Made by a program: the position numbers and the translations under genes. Shown here in pieces: positions 20,995 to 29,318 of a DNA stretch of 64,000 nucleotides (its first letter is position 1; every line of letters starts with the position of its first letter). The notes below the pieces were generated by a model. It had not been told where the DNA came from, searched no databases, and was given only the letters and a program-made list of their open reading frames with translations. Source of the stretch: an uncultured Alphaproteobacteria bacterium (GTDB lineage: Bacteria > Pseudomonadota > Alphaproteobacteria > CAAGCB01 > CAG-977). The stretch spans positions 18,443-82,442 of the forward strand of contig CALXOZ010000007.1 of the NCBI GenBank assembly GCA_944390195.1, read 5' to 3'.

Positions 20995-23043
20995 ATGGCT
21001 GGAAATGATACGTCAACAAATCAAGATCGGTCTTCGGAGTTATTAGCCCCTTTAAAAAATAAAGGGGAAGTGTGCTTTTTAAAAAACAGGTTTCGCATAT
21101 ATCCGGAATTGCCGCTTTTATCATTGGATATGCCTTGTGCAAAGGCGTTTCAAGCCGAAGAAACAAGTGTTTCGGATCGTAAGGTTTTCGCGTTGGTTTG
21201 CCGTCCCGATTTGCCGGTCAGAAAAGATCATATAAAGTCCAGATCCGGTTTGGAAATGGAAGGGATTTTAACTTTGGTTGATGCCGGTATAGCGTTTTGG
21301 GAACCGTTTAAATCCAAAACGATGATTTTGATTTATGAATTGCCTTTGGGCGGGCGTGTCGTGCAGTCTGGGACGTATGATAAGGTTTTACCGGAAGAGG
21401 AAACAGAAAAAATTTCACGCTGGATCCGTCCTTTATTAATGGGGATCAATAATCTGTCCTTGCAGGGGTTGACACATCGGGAAATCCGTCCGGACAATTT
21501 ATTTTATTTGGATGCGGAAAAAACAAAAGTTGTCTGGGGGGATTGCATTTCTTCCCCTGCGGGTTATGACCAGCCATCCTGTTTTGAAACAATTGAATCC
21601 TCGATGTGTTCTGCTGCCGGTAAAGGGAACGGTGTTACGGCAGATGATTTGTATGCTTTCGGGGCGACGCTGGTTTGTTTGGGATTGGGGTATAATCCGG
21701 TCGAACATCTATCCGATGATGAATTGCTGACGTTGAAAATTTATAAAGGATCTTATGCGGCTTTGATCGGAGAAGAACGCATTCCCTTGGCTTTGATCGA
21801 ATTGTTGCGAGGACTTCTGGCGGATAATGTTTCTCAACGCTGGGACATTTCATCAACGCAATTGTGGGCGGACGGAAGACGTTTGACTCCGATCCAATCA
21901 AAATCATTCAATTCGTCTCAACGCCCTTTTTTGTTTAATAATGTCGAATATTTTTCTTATCGTACATTGGCTTATGCTTTTTCTAAAAATTGGGATCTGG
22001 CTTCGGATGCTATCCGTTCCGAAAAATTATTGACTTGGGTTGTTCGGGGGTTCGATGATAAAACAACGGCTGAAGCGATAACGGCATCAATAAATATGGC
22101 ACTGGAACGCTTTTCAATCAAAGAAAAACAAGACGACTTTATCATTGCCAGAACTTGTATGCTTCTGGATTCCAATGCTCCTTTACGCATGCGTGAATGT
22201 TCTTTTATGCCTGATGCTTTGGGAACAATGCTTGCCTTGTATGCTCATGATGAAAAAATGACAAAAACGCTTATCGGTGTCGTGGCGGCCGGATATTTGG
22301 AAAGCTGGTATGAATTTCACCATGATAGAATTTCCGCTCAATATATTAAAAATATGCAAGTTGTTTTGCAAAAACCGGATCTGGGGATGGGGGCGGAAAG
22401 ATTGTTATATGATTTAAATGATAATCTTGCTTGCCAAAGCCCGCTTGTTATTAAAGACTATGTCGATGATATTAAAGATCTGATGCCGGCATTGGAGAAA
22501 ACGGCTAAAACCGTTTCTTATGAAACTTATCCGCTTGACCGGCATATCGCCGCCTTTATTGCCGTTAAATTCGGTTTAAGGTCGGCGGAAGCATTGACTT
22601 TATTAAATTCTCGCAAAGAATATGTTTCAATGCAAGGGATGTTAAATATATTTTCGGCGTTGCAAAGCGCTTTCGGACCCCAAAAACTGTATGCTTTTTG
22701 CGGCTGGATCGGAAAGTGGTTGTCTCCGATTGTTAAAAGCTATCATAGTATTGAAAAACGAATGATATTGGAAAAAAATTTGCCTCAGTTGCTCAAAAAA
22801 GGTAGCCTTCCGGACATTTGCGCCTTTTTGGATGATAAACAAGAGCGTTTGTTGGATACGAATTATTTTGAACAGGCTAAAAAGGAATATGCCAGACTAT
22901 CCGGTGAAATTGAACTCTTGTCAGAAAAGAGCGAAAAAAGAAAAAGTGAAAATATGATCTTAGGCTATCAAATAGCGGCTGTTTTTTGTTTCGGAACGGC
23001 TGTTTTGATGATGTCTTTTTTGCTGTTGTCCGAATTTTTTTAG
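20995..23043 (+). CDS. Atypical protein-kinase-like (PKL) protein, probable pseudokinase, with a long alpha-helical C-terminal region and a C-terminal TM anchor.
   Basis: 682 aa. HREIRPDNLFY resembles the HRDxKPxN catalytic loop with D changed to E. The DFG position, 21 residues downstream, reads WGD. There is no clear Gly-rich loop or VAIK lysine. SPAGYDQP...DDLYAFGATLVCLGLGYNP resembles the APE/activation-segment and helix-F region. The C-terminal hydrophobic stretch is IAAVFCFGTAVLMMSFLLL. Confidence 0.45.
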   Translation: MAGNDTSTNQDRSSELLAPLKNKGEVCFLKNRFRIYPELPLLSLDMPCAKAFQAEETSVSDRKVFALVCRPDLPVRKDHIKSRSGLEMEGILTLVDAGIAFWEPFKSKTMILIYELPLGGRVVQSGTYDKVLPEEETEKISRWIRPLLMGINNLSLQGLTHREIRPDNLFYLDAEKTKVVWGDCISSPAGYDQPSCFETIESSMCSAAGKGNGVTADDLYAFGATLVCLGLGYNPVEHLSDDELLTLKIYKGSYAALIGEERIPLALIELLRGLLADNVSQRWDISSTQLWADGRRLTPIQSKSFNSSQRPFLFNNVEYFSYRTLAYAFSKNWDLASDAIRSEKLLTWVVRGFDDKTTAEAITASINMALERFSIKEKQDDFIIARTCMLLDSNAPLRMRECSFMPDALGTMLALYAHDEKMTKTLIGVVAAGYLESWYEFHHDRISAQYIKNMQVVLQKPDLGMGAERLLYDLNDNLACQSPLVIKDYVDDIKDLMPALEKTAKTVSYETYPLDRHIAAFIAVKFGLRSAEALTLLNSRKEYVSMQGMLNIFSALQSAFGPQKLYAFCGWIGKWLSPIVKSYHSIEKRMILEKNLPQLLKKGSLPDICAFLDDKQERLLDTNYFEQAKKEYARLSGEIELLSEKSEKRKSENMILGYQIAAVFCFGTAVLMMSFLLLSEFF

Positions 23044-23056
23044 GAAAGGGCGAAAA

Positions 23057-23575
23057 ATGGTAAGTGATAAAAAAAAATCAAATGAAATTTTTTTCGCTTC
23101 GGCTCTTTCTTTTTTAATTTTATTCCCGATGCTGTTCTGGATGTTGCCGACTTTTGTTTTTTTCTGTCTTAGTATGTTGCCGACATTTATCGTTCTGATT
23201 ACTGAGATCCATTCAAAAACAAAATTAAAATACAAATGGCTATGTGTCGGCGGACTGAATTTTGCCGGAGCATTGCCTTTTTTGTTTCAATTATGGTTCG
23301 GCAATAATACGTTACAAGAAGCTGTTACGATATTTTTTTGTAACACGGCTTTTGTTATGATTTATTGCTCGGCTTTGGTCGGATGGTTCTTTTATCGTTT
23401 TATTCCTGCAATTGTTTCTGTTTTTTTAGAAATGTCGGATCAACGGCGCCTTGTTTATTTACAAGAGTTACAAACGAAATTAATTGCGAAATGGGGAAAA
23501 GAGGTTAGTTTTGAAGACAACCCTTTCCTGATTGTAAAAGAAAAAATTTCTTCTTCAAAAGACGATTTTTCCTGA
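23057..23575 (+). CDS. Small 4-TM membrane protein, probably co-transcribed with the PKL gene.
   Basis: 172 aa. It begins 14 nt after the upstream stop. Duplicated MLPTF segment (FPMLFWMLPTFVFFCLSMLPTFIVLIT) and four hydrophobic helices. Confidence 0.4.
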   Translation: MVSDKKKSNEIFFASALSFLILFPMLFWMLPTFVFFCLSMLPTFIVLITEIHSKTKLKYKWLCVGGLNFAGALPFLFQLWFGNNTLQEAVTIFFCNTAFVMIYCSALVGWFFYRFIPAIVSVFLEMSDQRRLVYLQELQTKLIAKWGKEVSFEDNPFLIVKEKISSSKDDFS

Positions 23576-23829
23576 TATTGTCTGATGAGCTATCTGTCAT
23601 ATTTACATTTTTGAACCTTTTTTACAAAAGCTTGAAAGGATTACTGTTTGTTTTTGTGAAATAACGAGCAAAACATGGCTTTGATTTATCTGTTTTTTTT
23701 ATCATAACATATCGTTTTATTTCCTTTTTGATGAAACATCTGTCTTGGTCTCTAATTGTCTTTGGAAATTTTTCAGTCGTGTAAGATGTTCTTGTTTAAT
23801 AAGGATTTGGAGTCATAGGAGGAAGCTTT

Positions 23830-23898
23830 ATGCATTCTGGTAAGTGTAAAATGCACCAGTTTAAATTCGTAAAACGTGTGGTTGTTTTTAGATTGTAA
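23830..23898 (+). CDS. Candidate small ORF (22 aa, MHSGKCKMHQFKFVKRVVVFRL) with a canonical AGGAGG SD.
   Basis: AGGAGG at 23817-23822, 7 nt before the ATG. Below the ORF-track size cut-off. Basic peptide in an otherwise empty 420-bp intergenic region. Confidence 0.2.
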   Translation: MHSGKCKMHQFKFVKRVVVFRL

Positions 23899-23995
23899 AG
23901 AGCACTTTTATTGATGCCGGAAAAATTTTTCACCGGTCAGGGTGAGTTCTTCTTGTTTTCCGAAATGAAACCGATAGAAGGGGTTCCCGTTATGA

Positions 23996-24505
23996 TCAAG
24001 TGTCAAGTTTGCAAAAATATAAGGTATTCGTATCCGTGTCGAATAACCCGATGGTAAGGTTGAAAGAAAATCTTTGCAAAATATCAACTTTTGATTCCGT
24101 GTTATTTTTAACCTGCCTGTCAATCAACAAATAATATCCGTTTCGGATTTCCGGAACCAAGGCGTTTCCGTTATTGTCGTTTAAATATGGTCCGTCGCTG
24201 TGTGTTTTATGCGAAATTCCATAAACCAATGTCCGGACGGTTTGATCAAGAGGAAAGGAACGCCAAAAAGGGTTGGATTTTATTTCTGTAACAACCGTGT
24301 TGTCCTCAAAACTGAAAGTAACGCAAGAGGTTCCATCTCCGTTTCCGCTATGAGTGTCATAATTTGAAATTTCTTTTCCGGCGGACACATCAATTCCAAG
24401 TTCTTTTGAGGCGGTATGTCGGACAGATTCCGGACTGCAGGCAATTAAAATAAAAAGTGAAAGAAGAAAAATACACCCAGCTGAAAAAACTTTTTTCATA
24501 AACAT
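23996..24505 (-). CDS. Hypothetical lipoprotein.
   Basis: Track ORF 23996-24538. The likely start is MFMKKVFSAGCIFLLSLFILIACS, with signal peptide and lipobox LIAC. No family recognised. Confidence 0.45.
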   Translation of the reverse strand: MFMKKVFSAGCIFLLSLFILIACSPESVRHTASKELGIDVSAGKEISNYDTHSGNGDGTSCVTFSFEDNTVVTEIKSNPFWRSFPLDQTVRTLVYGISHKTHSDGPYLNDNNGNALVPEIRNGYYLLIDRQVKNNTESKVDILQRFSFNLTIGLFDTDTNTLYFCKLDT

Positions 24506-25154
24506 ATTTATTTCCAATATATTTGCCTTTGTTGACAATTACGATCATATTATTATATGTTTTCTTGTTTTTTTCGACAAGTTCGGAAATTATATTGTAA
24601 GAATGTTATTATGCTTTGAATAAAAGACGCCGCCTGAACTGTAGCGTGCATGTAAAAAGCATATTATAGTCATTGAAACAGATGACAGCGTAAGAATAGT
24701 TCGGGCAGAATTTTTTTACTCTTTAAGATAATATTAAAAATTGATGTTGCTTCATTAATGCTTTTTTTTACATCACAACGGCATCGTATTGAAAATAAAA
24801 TTTTTATTATACAGTTTTTAATCGTTGCCATACGACATTATCGTTTTATCATAAAAAATATAAACGAATTTGCCATGGAATGGTGAAAATATCAGGGCAG
24901 TGTTTTTTTCTATGCTGTCATTTATAATTTCATTTTAGAATATTAAGTATTTCGTTTCTCTGTATTCAAAGCGATATCCGTTTTTTCTCGGGTATAAAAA
25001 ATACTTTCCGGATCATACTTTTTCCTTCTGATACATGAGGAACACTTGTCAGGCATAGAACGTCTTGCAAGAACCAAATGTCTAATTACTGAAGGTTTTT
25101 CCTCTTTAACAAAGCAGTCTTTTAAAAAGAATAACACCTTATGTTGCGATAAGT

Positions 25155-26630
25155 TTAAAAAGCAGTTGAACGCACGGATTTTTTTTCTTTTCGCCAAGCT
25201 AATGGCAAAAGGAGAACGAAAATCGTCATGTATTCCAATCGTCCCAGCATCATTCCGATGGAAAAGATCCATTTTCCCATATCTGGCAGATTGGCGAAAT
25301 GACCGCTTGAACCGATGACGGGACCGAATGCTATGCCGGTGTTCCCCAGAGCGCACAAAGTTCCGCTGATAACAGTCAGGAAATCAAGTCCCAGTAAAGA
25401 TAAAGACAAAACGGAGCACAAAAAGGAAATCAAAAAAATGGCAATGAAAACAAATACGTCAGAAGAAATTTCTTCTGTAATGGGTTTGCCGTTATATTTG
25501 GCGACGAAAATGCCGTGTGGCAGGATTTTCCGTCTAAGGTACTGTAAGGAAGACAGAAACATGATATTGAATCTGAAGATCTTGATGCCGCCGGAGGTTG
25601 ATCCGCTACACGCACCGACAGATAAGGATAAAGTAAGAAAAGTGATTGCGAAATTTCCCAATTGTTCCAAATCCGTATTGACGAAACCGGTTGAAGTGAT
25701 GATGGAAATGAAATTAAAAGCGGCTATGCGCAAGCTGTCAGCAAAAGACTTGTCTCTCATCAGGCAAAGGTAGGAGGTTAAGAGCAGGATGCAAATCAGG
25801 ACGCAAAAGACGTATGTTTTTATTTGCAGATCATTTTTCAAGCTTTTCCAATTTTTTTTGAACAATAGGTAAAAGGACAACAAAGGCATACCGGAAATAA
25901 ACATAAAAAACGCCAAAATCCATTGTGAAGAGTAATTCAGATCTATGGCCGACGTATTTCTGGGAGCCAATCCACCGGTCGGAATCGTTCCCATTGTAAA
26001 AATTAGTGATTCAAAAGAATCCAATCCTGAAAAGCACAGGCAAAGTGTACACAATATTGTCAATAGTGTATAAACGATCATGATTCTGGCTATGATCTGG
26101 GACGTTTTCGGTAAAGTCTTATCGGATTTGTCTGAAGATTCAGTCGCATACAATTGCATACCGCCGATCCGTAAAAGCGGTAATATTCCCAAAGCAATCA
26201 CGATAATTCCGATGCCTCCGAACCATTGCAACATACCTCGCCATAACAGGATGCCTCTGGGTTGAATGGACAAATCCCGTATGATTGTAGAACCTGTTGT
26301 TGTCAATCCGGACATGGCTTCAAAAAAAGAATCCGTATAGCTTAAAGGATATTGTGAGAAAAAGAAAGGCAATGCCGAAAAGCAACAAACCATCAGCCAG
26401 ACAAGCGATGTCGTCAAGTACATTTCCCGTACGGTTAATTTTTCATATTTATTGTAAAAAGTCGCCGTGAACAAAAGACCGAAGAAAACAGTTACAACCG
26501 AAGCCTGCCAAAATCCGTAAGCCGATATGACATTGTCATCAAAAAAATCAAGCATTCCCGGAATGATCATCGTAATTCCGAACAAAATCAGGATACATCC
26601 CGAAACAAAGAAAGTGATGCCGGCTCTCAT
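25155..26630 (-). CDS. trkH: Trk-type potassium uptake protein TrkH.
   Basis: 491 aa polytopic protein. SGLTTTGSTII and GxTTxG-like selectivity-filter repeats are typical of the TrkH/KtrB family. Confidence 0.85.
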   Translation of the reverse strand: MRAGITFFVSGCILILFGITMIIPGMLDFFDDNVISAYGFWQASVVTVFFGLLFTATFYNKYEKLTVREMYLTTSLVWLMVCCFSALPFFFSQYPLSYTDSFFEAMSGLTTTGSTIIRDLSIQPRGILLWRGMLQWFGGIGIIVIALGILPLLRIGGMQLYATESSDKSDKTLPKTSQIIARIMIVYTLLTILCTLCLCFSGLDSFESLIFTMGTIPTGGLAPRNTSAIDLNYSSQWILAFFMFISGMPLLSFYLLFKKNWKSLKNDLQIKTYVFCVLICILLLTSYLCLMRDKSFADSLRIAAFNFISIITSTGFVNTDLEQLGNFAITFLTLSLSVGACSGSTSGGIKIFRFNIMFLSSLQYLRRKILPHGIFVAKYNGKPITEEISSDVFVFIAIFLISFLCSVLSLSLLGLDFLTVISGTLCALGNTGIAFGPVIGSSGHFANLPDMGKWIFSIGMMLGRLEYMTIFVLLLPLAWRKEKKSVRSTAF

Positions 26631-26639
26631 GTGAAACCT

Positions 26640-28415
26640 TTATAAAACGACACAAGCTGTTTTCAGCCAACAGGCGGTTTGTTTGTCAACCAAAGGTGAA
26701 ATTGTGCTGTAAACCTGTTCATGATAATTATTCAGCCATGTTTTTTCAACTGGTGTCAAAGCGGTAAAGTCGATCAAGCGCTTATCGAACGGTGCCAAAC
26801 CGAGCGTAGATAAACCAAAAACTTTTATTTCGGCGTCTTTTGGCAAAGCAACAGGCTTCACCATGACGACGTTTTCCAAACGGATCCCGAATGCACCGGG
26901 CTTATAGTATCCGGGTTCGTTTGAGATCAGCATCCCGGGCATTAAAGGAATTTTACTGCAACTTCTGGCAATTCTTTGCGGTCCTTCATGAACGCTAAGA
27001 TAACTGCCGATGCCATGACCCGTTCCGTGAGCATAATCGACGCCGTCCTTCCATAAGAATTGACGTGCCAGAAGATCAAGCTGAGATCCCGTTGTTCCTT
27101 GACAGAAGACGGCAGATGCCAAAGCAATATGCCCTTTTAAGACTTGAGTATATCGTTTTTTTTCCAGATCGGAAACGATGCCAACGCAAATCGTCCGCGT
27201 AATGTCCGTCGTTCCGTCTAAATATTGGGCTCCGGTGTCGATCAGAAACATTGCGTTGTTTTTTATGCGAGCATTGTTTTTTTCATCTGTGTGGTAATGA
27301 ATGTAAGCGGCATTTTGCCCAGAGGCGGCAATTGTTGAAAAACTTTCTCCGCAATATAAATCGTTTTCCGCACGCAATTGAGCGATTTTATGCACGGCAT
27401 CCATTTCGGTAAGCTCTCCGGAGCTTGCATTAGCGTCAAACCAACATAGAAAACGGCATAAAGCGACACCATCTCTGATATGAGCATTGATAGCGCCGTT
27501 TTGTTCGGTTTTGTTTTTGCAGGCTTTTGGCATCAGACAAGGATCTTCTTTGATATGGATACGAGCGCCTCCTTGAGATAAACGTTCATATATCCAAGCG
27601 GAAGACGAATGTGTATCCAATTGCACTTGCGCTTTTTGAATACTCAAGGCATCCAAGGTCGCAGCCAATAAGTCAGGAGATTTGATATTGACGTTGGGAT
27701 TCAACCGTGTACGGAGACGATCCGTAATTTTTGCGGGATTGACGAACCAATCCAATGTCCCGTTTTTATAAAGGACGGCAAAAGATTGGACAACGGGAAT
27801 ATAAGGGATGTCTTGTCCGCGTACGTTTAACAGCCACGAAATCGATTCCGGAGAACAAAGTACTAATGCGTCGTCTTGATTTATTTTTAATGATTCGGTT
27901 ATGTTTTCAAGTTTTATGGCACTATCCATTCCCGTGTATGTTTCGGGTAAAAAGACAACCGGATTTGTTTTTGTTTCTGGCTTATCCGTCCATAGTTTGT
28001 CAATCGGATTACAGGGAAGGGGCATGATTTTTATTTTAAACGGAGAACAGATTTCCCTGAGGTGTTGGATTTCATCCGGGCTGTGAAGCCAAGGATCGTA
28101 TCCGATTACGGAATTTTCTGGCAAACCGGTTAATATGTTGTTTTGTACGCGGGCGGCAGGTGTTTGAATGACGGTAAATTCACAAGGATCTGTTTCTTTT
28201 TGTGCTTGCAAAGTATAACGCCCGTCAACAAACAGAAAGGCTTTTTTTGGCAAGATGAGCGCTTCTCCGGCGGATCCGGAAAAACCGGTTATCCATTGCA
28301 ACCGTTTTGATTCGGGAGCAACATATTCCCCTTGATATTCGTCTGCGGTCGGAACAAGCACGCCCGAAAAGCCGTTTTCAATCATCCATTGTCTGAGTGC
28401 GTTAAGTTTTTGCAT
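26640..28415 (-). CDS. pepP: Xaa-Pro aminopeptidase (aminopeptidase P), long three-domain form.
   Basis: The track ORF extends to 28532 and would overlap prmA. The ATG at 28415 (MQKLNALRQW...) gives 591 aa. The C-terminal pita-bread metalloenzyme motifs are present: HGTGHGIGSYLSVHE, ISNEPGYY and GIRLEN. Confidence 0.8.
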   Translation of the reverse strand: MQKLNALRQWMIENGFSGVLVPTADEYQGEYVAPESKRLQWITGFSGSAGEALILPKKAFLFVDGRYTLQAQKETDPCEFTVIQTPAARVQNNILTGLPENSVIGYDPWLHSPDEIQHLREICSPFKIKIMPLPCNPIDKLWTDKPETKTNPVVFLPETYTGMDSAIKLENITESLKINQDDALVLCSPESISWLLNVRGQDIPYIPVVQSFAVLYKNGTLDWFVNPAKITDRLRTRLNPNVNIKSPDLLAATLDALSIQKAQVQLDTHSSSAWIYERLSQGGARIHIKEDPCLMPKACKNKTEQNGAINAHIRDGVALCRFLCWFDANASSGELTEMDAVHKIAQLRAENDLYCGESFSTIAASGQNAAYIHYHTDEKNNARIKNNAMFLIDTGAQYLDGTTDITRTICVGIVSDLEKKRYTQVLKGHIALASAVFCQGTTGSQLDLLARQFLWKDGVDYAHGTGHGIGSYLSVHEGPQRIARSCSKIPLMPGMLISNEPGYYKPGAFGIRLENVVMVKPVALPKDAEIKVFGLSTLGLAPFDKRLIDFTALTPVEKTWLNNYHEQVYSTISPLVDKQTACWLKTACVVL

Positions 28416-28426
28416 GAATTTTCCCC

Positions 28427-29317
28427 TTATCTTCCGATAATTAATGTGCTCCAACCTTGCAGCCGGTAACGTTTTTTCAGATGCAATCCGACGCGGCGAT
28501 GCGCATCCAGAACCCAAGCTTCCTGCCGGCAAAGCAGACCGGACAGTACGGCGAGCCCGTCAGCAGCCAAAACGGAGGAAAGGTCTTTTGCCATCAGTGT
28601 CAAAGGACGAGCGAGGATGTTTGAAAAAACCAGATCATAAGGGGCTTTTGATCGTACAATGACAGGTTTGTAGCCGTTTCCGGCACAAGCTGTGATATAA
28701 CGCGCCAAGTGGTTTGTTTTGGCGTTTTCTTTTGTAACGCGGACTGATTCGGGATCAATGTCTGCGGCAAGAACGTTTGTTCTGAATGTTTTTGCGGCAG
28801 CCAAAGCCAAAATTCCGGAACCGCATCCCATATCTAAAATGTTACGGACTTTTTTAAAGCGTGAAATTTCCTGCATCGCCATCAGACACCCTTTTGTTGT
28901 GAAATGTTCTCCGGATCCGAAAGCGGTTGCGGCATCTATTTTTAAAGACAATTTTGTTTTTGGCGGAGGTGTTTGAATATGGGAACCATAGATGTAATAC
29001 CGTCCGACGGAAACGGGGGCAAAGCTGATGAGATTTTCCTTTAACCAATCCTTTTGGGCCAGTTCACTTAATTTATAATCCGGCAGATCCGTTTTTGCCG
29101 CCATAGCCGCCAAAGTTAACGACGTGTTTAATAAATTTTCATCGGGATGATTTTGAAAAATGGCGTCAAGTTTCCATTTTCCCTTATTTTCACCGCTTTC
29201 GATTTCAGATGCTAAGAGCGCGGTGTCCGGGGCATCAAGGGCGCGTTCAAAAAAAGGAACGGCTTGTGCGGGGAGGATGAAAGAAATTTGCCAGTTGCTT
29301 GCAGGTTTTGTATCCAT
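28427..29317 (-). CDS. prmA: Ribosomal protein L11 methyltransferase.
   Basis: 296 aa. The N-terminal W...I pattern and the SAM-binding motif DMGCGSGILALAA match PrmA. Confidence 0.8.
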   Translation of the reverse strand: MDTKPASNWQISFILPAQAVPFFERALDAPDTALLASEIESGENKGKWKLDAIFQNHPDENLLNTSLTLAAMAAKTDLPDYKLSELAQKDWLKENLISFAPVSVGRYYIYGSHIQTPPPKTKLSLKIDAATAFGSGEHFTTKGCLMAMQEISRFKKVRNILDMGCGSGILALAAAKTFRTNVLAADIDPESVRVTKENAKTNHLARYITACAGNGYKPVIVRSKAPYDLVFSNILARPLTLMAKDLSSVLAADGLAVLSGLLCRQEAWVLDAHRRVGLHLKKRYRLQGWSTLIIGR

Positions 29318-29318
29318 A

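Noticed and set aside
23930-23955. CCGGAAAAATTTTTCACCGG hairpin as a terminator for the 23996 lipoprotein gene
   Set aside because: The stem is almost entirely A/T and lacks a clear downstream U-run on the minus strand. It is too weak to call.
28416-28532. N-terminal extension of the pepP ORF overlapping prmA
   Set aside because: It would overlap the prmA 3' end by about 100 nt in another frame. The internal ATG at 28415 gives a typical PepP N-terminus (MQKLNALRQW...).
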